From: Bacteroidota bacterium
GTDB lineage: Bacteria; Bacteroidota; Bacteroidia; UBA4408
Length of the DNA stretch: 64,000 bases
Assembly (NCBI GenBank): GCA_016718805.1
Contig: JADKCP010000002.1
Coordinates: 56,392-120,391, forward strand
Reading direction: 5' to 3'
The notes beneath the pieces were generated by a model. That model saw nothing but the letters and a program-made list of their open reading frames with translations, did not search any database and was not told where the DNA came from. How positions within the stretch are numbered: the stretch's first letter is position 1; each line of letters begins with the position of its first letter. Positions 27,453-34,904 of the stretch are shown here, one piece after another. The translations under genes and the position numbers were made by a program.

Positions 27453-28836
27453 TATATTACTTCTGCAGATTTTCCTTATTGTTATTAATTGTGAAGCGCA
27501 GAGTAGCAGAGAACTTTCGTATGGAAAATTTTTATCGCTATTAAAAAACACGAATTTGTTGGCTCAAAAGGCTGAGAATAATTTACCATTTGCTGGCTAT
27601 CAACTTAAGGCGGCACAAGGAAATTTTGATCCTCAGTTATCTAGTTCATACAACAATAAACAATTTAATTCAAAGAATTATTTCAGTTATGGTTCGGCTG
27701 AAATAAAGCAACCATTGTATACTTCTCACTATTTAAAAATGGGTTATCAATATGGTCAAGGAGTTAGTATAAATCCTGAATTCGCTACATCAGCTATTGG
27801 TTTACCTTATGTTGGTGTGGAAGTTAGTCTATTACAAGGCTTGCTAATGGATAAGCGAAGGGCTGAAATAAAGAAGGCTAAATATTACTCAGACTATTAT
27901 AAAGATGAACAAAAAATACAATTGAATGAACTGTTTTACTATGCATCAACAACCTACATGGAAGGTGTATACTCAAAAAAAATAAACAGTATTTACGCTT
28001 ATTTTTCAAATCTTGCTCAACAGCGCCTTGAAGGAATTAGCGAGTTGTCGAAATCAGGAGAAAAACCAGCTGTTGACACCATTGAAGCAGCCATTTATTT
28101 ACAAGGGCGACTGCTTGAAATGCAGGCAAGTGAAATAGAGTTGAGTAAAAAAAGTACCGAAATACAAACTTTAATTTCGAGCAGTGATGAATTGGTTAAG
28201 GATAGAATAGAATATTCGGATAGTTTAGACCAATTGTACCTTTCGGCAAGCATCGCTATTCAGCAATTATTACAGAATGAAACAATATCCAATCCCTTAT
28301 TATCACAATATATTGCTAAACAAAAAGTATTAGAAACTGAGCTTCGATTAAAACGAGAATTAATAAAACCTGTATTGGATGTGAGCTACAATTTTTTGAG
28401 TAATGACAATCAAACCTACTTGCAAGGCTTTACAACAAATGCCTATAAGTGGGGAGCAACATTTTCGTTTCCGCTTTATTTACGTAAAGCAAGAAACGAA
28501 TATAAAATGGCTCAAATAGCTGTTCAAAACAATGAACTTGAAACCATCAATAAGCAAAATCAATTTAGTAACAAACGCAAATTTATTGTTGAAGCATTAA
28601 GGGTTTGTCAAGAACAAATAAATAATGCGGAAAAATCGGTTAATTATAGCAATCTTTTGGTGGAGGCTGAAAAATTGAAATTTGTAAATGGTGAAAGTTC
28701 CTTGTTTTTGGTAAATGCACGTGAGAACAAATGGCTCGAAAACGAATTAAAACTTGCCGAATACAAATTAAAATATTTAAAGGCTATACTGGAATTGGTT
28801 TATACAGATGGTAATCTTAATTTTGAATTAAGTTAA
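27415..28836 (+). CDS. TolC-family outer-membrane efflux channel
   Basis: Signal peptide (MKVQSMNLQIRINILLLQIFLIVINCEAQ). Two long helical-repeat halves typical of the outer-membrane factor family. The ORF-track frame opens at 27382 and overlaps the upstream gene end. Start chosen at an internal Met. Confidence 0.8.
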   Translation: MKVQSMNLQIRINILLLQIFLIVINCEAQSSRELSYGKFLSLLKNTNLLAQKAENNLPFAGYQLKAAQGNFDPQLSSSYNNKQFNSKNYFSYGSAEIKQPLYTSHYLKMGYQYGQGVSINPEFATSAIGLPYVGVEVSLLQGLLMDKRRAEIKKAKYYSDYYKDEQKIQLNELFYYASTTYMEGVYSKKINSIYAYFSNLAQQRLEGISELSKSGEKPAVDTIEAAIYLQGRLLEMQASEIELSKKSTEIQTLISSSDELVKDRIEYSDSLDQLYLSASIAIQQLLQNETISNPLLSQYIAKQKVLETELRLKRELIKPVLDVSYNFLSNDNQTYLQGFTTNAYKWGATFSFPLYLRKARNEYKMAQIAVQNNELETINKQNQFSNKRKFIVEALRVCQEQINNAEKSVNYSNLLVEAEKLKFVNGESSLFLVNARENKWLENELKLAEYKLKYLKAILELVYTDGNLNFELS

Positions 28837-28969
28837 ATCATCCTTCCTAAAAGTTCACGAATTACTATTCTATTATTGCATAAAATCATAATTACTGAAC
28901 TTCTATAAAAAAAATAGAATTACGCGTAGGGGTATTTTACTATTCAATTGTCATAAATAGTAAAGATTC

Positions 28970-28977
28970 TAACTTTG
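28970..28977 (+). promoter_or_regulatory. Candidate Bacteroidota sigma-A -7 box (TAacTTTG)
   Basis: Matches the TAnnTTTG consensus. It overlaps the first in-frame TTG of the sigma-factor ORF. This suggests the true start is the TTG at 29002, giving MKEEALLINNLKEG…. Confidence 0.25.
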
Positions 28978-29577
28978 CCGAACAAAGCTCAGCTAGAAGT
29001 ATTGAAAGAAGAAGCATTACTTATAAATAATTTAAAGGAGGGCAGCGTAGAAGCTTTTGAAAAAATTTTCACAAGTTATTACGCAACATTGGTGAATTAT
29101 GCCAAAACAATTATTAAAGATTGGGAGGCAGCTGAAGATATAGTGCAACAAGTTTTTATTTCGATTTGGGAAAAAAAGCAGACGCTTGAAATACATAGCT
29201 CTTTTAAAGCCATGCTTTATAAATCGGTATACAATGCATGTTTAAATTTTATTAAAAAAGAGCAAGTGAGAAGCAATTATGCACAAGAAAGCATGAAACA
29301 ACCTATTGAACAAGCAACAATGGAGCATTCGTTTCTTCAAAAAGAACTGCAAACAAAAATTGAAACAGCTATTGATCAGTTACCAGAGCAATGTGCCAAA
29401 ATATTTAAGATGAGTCGATTTGAGCAATTGAAATATGCTGAAATAGCCGATCGTTTAGGCTTGTCAATTAAAACGATAGAGAATCAGATGGGTAAAGCTT
29501 TGAAAATTTTACGCGAACAGTTAAGAGAATACTTGCCATTAATTATACTTTATATAAGCAGAAGCTACTTTGATTAA
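28975..29577 (+). CDS. ECF-subfamily RNA polymerase sigma-70 factor
   Basis: Region 2 (…DIVQQVFISIWEKK…). Region 4 HTH (LKYAEIADRLGLSIKTIENQMGKALKILRE). Likely true start at 29002. Confidence 0.85.
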   Translation: MPNKAQLEVLKEEALLINNLKEGSVEAFEKIFTSYYATLVNYAKTIIKDWEAAEDIVQQVFISIWEKKQTLEIHSSFKAMLYKSVYNACLNFIKKEQVRSNYAQESMKQPIEQATMEHSFLQKELQTKIETAIDQLPEQCAKIFKMSRFEQLKYAEIADRLGLSIKTIENQMGKALKILREQLREYLPLIILYISRSYFD

Positions 29578-30544
29578 TACTGATAACATACACGATTTAA
29601 TTGGTAAATTTTTGGCGGGTGAAGCTAGTCCAGAAGAAGCAATGCTGCTTGATGAATGGAGAAGTTCACAGCAAGAAAACGACGCGCTTTTCAAACACTA
29701 CGAAAATATATTCACACTTTCATCCGGCTCTTCCGAAAGTAAAGAAATTAATCCAAAGTTGGCTTTTGAAAAAATTAAACCCAAGTTGAAAAACGAAGCT
29801 GATATTAGTGTTTCAACTCGTTCTAAACCTTTTCTTAAAATAGCTGCCTCAATAGCTTTATTAATAGGTGTAGCAAGCACACTTTATTATTTATTTTCAC
29901 ATTCAACAAGTTCTACGATTGTATATGAAAGCGGTAAAAGTAAGCAAGATATAAAGCTTAGTGATGGCAGCAAAGTGCTTCTTTCAGCGCAATCAACGCT
30001 TAGCGAAAATAAAAATTATGGTAAAAATAACAGGATACTTCAATTAAAGGGAACTGCCTATTTTTCAGTTGTGCATGATACGAATATGCCCTTTATAGTT
30101 GATGTTGGAAATGTATATATTAAAGATATTGGAACCAAATTCACAATTGATGCAGCTCCAACTCGCGATACTATTTTTGTTAACGTTGAAGAAGGAGTTG
30201 TTTTACTGTTCGATAGTATTGGCAGTTCATTGGAAATTCAAGCATCTGAAAAAGCCTTGTACATAAAGTCTCAAAAAAGAATTGTAGCACCTTCTAAATT
30301 AAATATTGAAAAACGGCACATGGTATTTACTCATGCTCGTCTTGCAGATGTGCTTGTTAAATTAAACGCTGAGTATAAAACCAACATCAAGTTGGAAAAT
30401 CCCAACTTGAACAATTGTGAAATTACTACCCAATTCACTAATGAAGAGCTAGAAACCATTGTTGCAATATTGGCGGAAACATTGGAGCTAAGCTACGTTA
30501 AAACAAGTGATGGTTATTTGATTAAAGGTGAAAAATGCAAGTAA
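29570..30544 (+). CDS. FecR-family anti-sigma factor (single-TM; FecR domain + DUF4974-like C-terminus)
   Basis: N-terminal LIGKFLAGEASPEEAMLLDEW. One TM (IAASIALLIGVASTLYYLF). FecR beta-domain (DIKLSDGSKVLL…LKGTAYFSV…). 8-nt overlap with the sigma gene. Confidence 0.8.
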   Translation: MINTDNIHDLIGKFLAGEASPEEAMLLDEWRSSQQENDALFKHYENIFTLSSGSSESKEINPKLAFEKIKPKLKNEADISVSTRSKPFLKIAASIALLIGVASTLYYLFSHSTSSTIVYESGKSKQDIKLSDGSKVLLSAQSTLSENKNYGKNNRILQLKGTAYFSVVHDTNMPFIVDVGNVYIKDIGTKFTIDAAPTRDTIFVNVEEGVVLLFDSIGSSLEIQASEKALYIKSQKRIVAPSKLNIEKRHMVFTHARLADVLVKLNAEYKTNIKLENPNLNNCEITTQFTNEELETIVAILAETLELSYVKTSDGYLIKGEKCK

Positions 30545-32352
30545 AATTCATACTAAAGCACTTTTGTTTATATGCGTGCTTACTACTATCAAATAATTTG
30601 TTTGGGCAGGCTCTCCCCTATCTTGAACGACCTGTAACGCTGCATGCATCAAATAAAACACTTGCCGAAATATTTTCAAGCATAAGCCAGCAAACTCAAG
30701 TTGTTTTTTCGTATGCTCAAACTTTTAATGACCAACAACGGATTGTTTATCACTGCAACAAACGCCCGCTGCGAATTGTATTGCAACAATTACTTGAACC
30801 ATCCGATTGTCGATTTAAAATAAAAGGAAAATTTTTGATTCTCACCTGTGATGAAAAAATGCATTCATCTAACCTCCTTTTAAATGGGTATGTTTATAAT
30901 GCTATCGATAGCAGTCGAATAGAAGAAGCAAGCATCTATGTGAAGCAAACACGACACTCTGTGCGTTCCGATAAGTATGGTTATTTTGCATTGAGTTATA
31001 CCGCTAAAATTCCACAGCTTACAGTGTCTTTCGCTAAAGAAAATTTTAAAGATACATCGCTTATTTTGGTGAATAAAAGAAAGCAAGAATTAAGTGTATT
31101 CCTCTACCCTATTGAAAATAAATTGCCTTCTAAAACTATTAATGAGATTGCTGTAAATAAAGACAGTTTTCAGTTAGCATTAAAAGATACAGCAACATTG
31201 TTGTCAGTAAGTAGCGCTGGATTTTGGAATAAATTCAGAACAATTAATGCGAATTTTCGCAACATCAGTGATACGCTATTTGCCTCTACATCCATATCAC
31301 TAGTTCCTTATATAAGTACGAATCACTTACTTTCAGTGAATACAGTAAATAAATATTCGTTTAATATTTTGATGGGTTATTCAAAAGGTGTGAATTTGCT
31401 GGAAATTGCAGGATTACTAAATATTGATAATGGCAATGTGCAATATGTTCAATTGGCCGGTTTGGGAAATATTGTTTCGGGCGATGTGAAAGGAGTTCAG
31501 GCTGCGGGGCTGATTAACTCTAATGGAGGAAAAGCGCAATTGGTGCAACTTGCAGGACTATTAAATTTGAATAAAAACAATTTTCGCGGAGTACAAACTG
31601 CAGGAATAGGAAATTACGTAAAGGGCAAAACTTCTGGAGTACAATTGAGTGGTGTATTTAATAAAGCAACCATTTGCAAAGGGGTTCAATTAACCGGTAT
31701 TGTAAATATTGCAGATACTTTAATAGGTTTACAAACGAGCGGAATTGTTAATAAAACACATTACTTTAAAGGAATGCAGCTCGCCGGTATTGTAAATAAA
31801 GCAGACTATTTTAACGGTGTACAACTTGGCTTGATTAATAGTTCAGATAGTACGAATGGAATTCCGATTGGAATAGTTAGTTGGGTGAAAAAAGGGTATC
31901 ATAAAGTAAGTTTAAGTACTGATGAATTACAATTCGCCTACCTTAGCTTTGGTACTGGGGTTGAAAAATTTCACAATGTATTTATTGCCGGTATAAATTA
32001 TACCAATGGAAATTACTATTCACTTGGATATGGAATAGGAAGCAGTTTTGCACTTAACAAGCGCTTAGGTTTGAGTGCCGAACTTAGTACAAAGCAAGTA
32101 TTTACTTCAGTTGATGTTCCTGTAAAAACAAATCTCTATAACCAACTCTTTATTGGTGCAGATATATTGCTTCATAAAAAGTTTAGAATAAGCCTTGGTC
32201 CTGAATTAACAGTGTATATAGCAGATACTAAAGGAGCTGATTTCAACAAGTTGGACCGAAGATTAACTTCAAGCGATTTATACTCCAGCATTCAAGGTAA
32301 CATGGCCATTAAATGTTGGGCCGGTGGAAAAATTGCATTAAGTTTTTTCTAA
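30535..32352 (+). CDS. Outer-membrane protein: STN (secretin/TonB short N-terminal) domain + carboxypeptidase-regulatory-like domain + GVQLAG(I/L)xN tandem repeats + C-terminal beta-strand-rich region
   Basis: Signal peptide. STN-like segment (VTLHASNKTLAEIFSSISQQTQVVFSYA…QQLLEPSDCRFKIKGKFLIL). CarbopepD_reg-like (LLLNGYVYNAIDSSRIEEASIYV…SDKYGYFALSY). At least 9 repeats of ~15-16 aa. Amphipathic alternating pattern to the C-terminal F. Confidence 0.65.
   Translation: MQVKFILKHFCLYACLLLSNNLFGQALPYLERPVTLHASNKTLAEIFSSISQQTQVVFSYAQTFNDQQRIVYHCNKRPLRIVLQQLLEPSDCRFKIKGKFLILTCDEKMHSSNLLLNGYVYNAIDSSRIEEASIYVKQTRHSVRSDKYGYFALSYTAKIPQLTVSFAKENFKDTSLILVNKRKQELSVFLYPIENKLPSKTINEIAVNKDSFQLALKDTATLLSVSSAGFWNKFRTINANFRNISDTLFASTSISLVPYISTNHLLSVNTVNKYSFNILMGYSKGVNLLEIAGLLNIDNGNVQYVQLAGLGNIVSGDVKGVQAAGLINSNGGKAQLVQLAGLLNLNKNNFRGVQTAGIGNYVKGKTSGVQLSGVFNKATICKGVQLTGIVNIADTLIGLQTSGIVNKTHYFKGMQLAGIVNKADYFNGVQLGLINSSDSTNGIPIGIVSWVKKGYHKVSLSTDELQFAYLSFGTGVEKFHNVFIAGINYTNGNYYSLGYGIGSSFALNKRLGLSAELSTKQVFTSVDVPVKTNLYNQLFIGADILLHKKFRISLGPELTVYIADTKGADFNKLDRRLTSSDLYSSIQGNMAIKCWAGGKIALSFF
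31387..31888 (+). repeat. In-frame tandem repeat (~45-48 nt period, at least 9 units) encoding G(V/M)Q(L/T)(A/S/T)G(I/L)(V/I)N + 6-7 variable residues
   Basis: Units: GVNLLEIAGLLNIDN / GNVQYVQLAGLGNIVSGDVK / GVQAAGLINSNGGKAQLVQLAGLLNLNKNNFR / GVQTAGIGNYVKGKTS / GVQLSGVFNKATICK / GVQLTGIVNIADTLI / GLQTSGIVNKTHYFK / GMQLAGIVNKADYFN / GVQLGLINSSDSTN. Confidence 0.7.
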
Positions 32353-32420
32353 TTTTTTTTTCGAGCATAGGGGTAAACCTAATTTGTGTTGTCATACATG
32401 CATAACACAAAAAAACGTCT

Positions 32421-34790
32421 ATGAAATCGTTCAAAAAAATCGCAGTAATTTATTTAGTGAATTTAGCTTTTAGTCTCCCATCATTTGCCCAAACAATTAC
32501 ACAAACAATAAGAGGCAACGTGGTAGATAAAATTTCTCAATCGCCATTACCGGGTGTAATCATAACACTTATGAACTCATCACCAATTAAGGGTTGCAGT
32601 ACTGACACCGATGGTAATTTTAAACTAAGTGAGGTAGCTATCGGCAAACAAAGTTTACGTGTAAGTTTCCTTGGTTATAAGGAATTAGTTTTGCAAAATC
32701 TGGTAGTTAATTCGGGAAAAGAACTGGTTATTACGGTGCAATTGGAAGAAGATATTAAAGCCATTCAAGAAATTGTGGTGAGTGCTAAAGTTGAAAAAAA
32801 TAAAGCATTAAATCCAATGTCAACAGTGAGTACGCGTACCTTTTCGGTAGAAGAAACGCAAAAATTTGCAGCAGCAGTAAATGATCCGGCACGCATGGCT
32901 ACTTCGTTTGCAGGAGTAACACAAGGGCCAGATGGAAACAACCATATTTCTATTCGTGGAAATTCGCCCAATGGTTTATTGTGGAGAATGGAAGGAGTTG
33001 AAATTCCTAATCCGAATCATTTTTCGAGTGTAGGAACTTCAGGTGGAGGAATCTCTATTTTGAGTTCGCAATTATTGGGTAATTCAGACTTTTCAACAGG
33101 AGCTTTTGCTGCCGAATATGGGAATGCTCTATCCGGAGTTTTTGATTTGAAGCTGCGAAAAGGAAATAATGAAAAACGGGAATATACTTTTCAACTTGGC
33201 TTTTTAGGTGTTGATGCTGCCAGCGAAGGTCCAATTAAAGCCGGTTATGAAGGATCGTACTTAGTTAATTATCGCTATTCAACTTTAAATTTATTAAGCA
33301 AAATAGGTGTTCCAATAGATGATGGGAGTACTAATTTTCAAGACCTTTCCTTTAATGTTTCTTTGCCTACAAAGAAAGCAGGAAACTTTAGTGTATTTGG
33401 TTTTGGCGGATTAAGCTATCAAAGAACCAATGCTAAAAAAGATACGGCAAAATGGAGCGAAGACAGTTTTACTCAATACAATTCAAACTTTTACAGCAAT
33501 ACAGGTGCAGTTGGAATTACCCATACCAAGCTATTTAACAATCAATCCTATTTAAAAACAATACTTGCTTTTTCGGGATCACAAAATGCTTCTAAATATG
33601 ATAAATTGCAGGAAGACTTCGTCAATCTAACAACAGAACAAGAAGAAAAATATTTTCAAAATAAAATTACTTTAAGCTCTAGCTACACCAAAAAAATCAA
33701 CATAAAAAGCAATGTCAGAACTGGAATTATAGTAAACCAATTGGGTTATAACTTAGCATTAAAAGACAAGCAAGATACTACTCAATTGACTACCCGAATT
33801 CATGTAAAAGGAGCAACTCAAACGCTTCAGGCATTTTTTCAATGGAATTATAAACTAAACAATCAATTAACCACTAACGTTGGTCTTCATTACAATCACT
33901 TGTTGTTAAATAATTCAAACTCAATTGAGCCACGAGCATCGCTCAAGTACGATGTAAATGCACATCAAAATATCACTTTGGGTTATGGCCTTCATAGCCA
34001 GTTACAACCGATAGGTGTTTATTTTGCGCAATCACAAAGTGATGATGGAAAGATACAAACGCCGAATAATAATTTAGCGCTAAGTAAAGCACATCATATA
34101 GTAATGGGGTATGATGTGAATATGAATTCGTTTTCACACATAAAAGCTGAAATTTATTACCAACATTTATTTTCACTACCTATTTCAAAAGATACAAGTT
34201 CAACTTATTCAATAGTAAACACTACCGATGGCTACACTACAGCTGAATTAGTGAATAATGGCTTAGGAAAAAATTATGGGCTTGAACTAACGTATGAGCG
34301 ATTCTTGTATAAAAACTTATATTATTTATTGTCGGCTTCACTCTATGACTCAAAATATAAAGCTGCCGATGGAGATTGGTACAATACCCGATTTAATACG
34401 AATTATACCTTTTCATTTACAGGAGGAAAAGAATGGACTTTATCAGAAAAAAGAAAGAGCAGAGTCATTGGTTTTAATTTAAAAGCCTTGTATGTTGGTG
34501 GATTCAGATATACTCCAATTGATTTAAATGCCTCTATAAACAAGGGAGAAACGGTTGTTGATGATAACAAAACATTTCAAGAAAAAAATCCGGATTATTA
34601 CAGATTGGATATTCGTATAAGTGTAAAACGCAATTATAAAAAATTAACCAGTACCGTTGCATTAGACATACAGAATACAACAAATCGTAAGAATGTTGGA
34701 GGTCAGTATTTCAACAATAAAACTGGGGAAATAAATTACTGGTATCAAACACCTTTGATTCCTGTTTTGAGTTATCGTTTGGAGTTTTAG
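32421..34790 (+). CDS. TonB-dependent outer-membrane receptor (CarbopepD_reg N-domain + plug + 22-strand barrel; no STN domain)
   Basis: Signal peptide. TIRGNVVDK…PGVIITL…TDTDGNF (carboxypeptidase-regulatory-like). Plug (NPMSTVSTRTFSVEETQKFAAAVNDPARMATSFAGV). Long alternating-strand region ending …YRLEF. Confidence 0.85.
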   Translation: MKSFKKIAVIYLVNLAFSLPSFAQTITQTIRGNVVDKISQSPLPGVIITLMNSSPIKGCSTDTDGNFKLSEVAIGKQSLRVSFLGYKELVLQNLVVNSGKELVITVQLEEDIKAIQEIVVSAKVEKNKALNPMSTVSTRTFSVEETQKFAAAVNDPARMATSFAGVTQGPDGNNHISIRGNSPNGLLWRMEGVEIPNPNHFSSVGTSGGGISILSSQLLGNSDFSTGAFAAEYGNALSGVFDLKLRKGNNEKREYTFQLGFLGVDAASEGPIKAGYEGSYLVNYRYSTLNLLSKIGVPIDDGSTNFQDLSFNVSLPTKKAGNFSVFGFGGLSYQRTNAKKDTAKWSEDSFTQYNSNFYSNTGAVGITHTKLFNNQSYLKTILAFSGSQNASKYDKLQEDFVNLTTEQEEKYFQNKITLSSSYTKKINIKSNVRTGIIVNQLGYNLALKDKQDTTQLTTRIHVKGATQTLQAFFQWNYKLNNQLTTNVGLHYNHLLLNNSNSIEPRASLKYDVNAHQNITLGYGLHSQLQPIGVYFAQSQSDDGKIQTPNNNLALSKAHHIVMGYDVNMNSFSHIKAEIYYQHLFSLPISKDTSSTYSIVNTTDGYTTAELVNNGLGKNYGLELTYERFLYKNLYYLLSASLYDSKYKAADGDWYNTRFNTNYTFSFTGGKEWTLSEKRKSRVIGFNLKALYVGGFRYTPIDLNASINKGETVVDDNKTFQEKNPDYYRLDIRISVKRNYKKLTSTVALDIQNTTNRKNVGGQYFNNKTGEINYWYQTPLIPVLSYRLEF

Positions 34791-34904
34791 TATAGAGAAT
34801 TTAGGAAGAACTATTTAAATAAGTCATAACTCTTGCAAATATTTTCCAGAAATCTAATCCGAATTCCCTGCCTTTGGTAATGCGATTTTTAACGCCTTCA
34901 ATTA

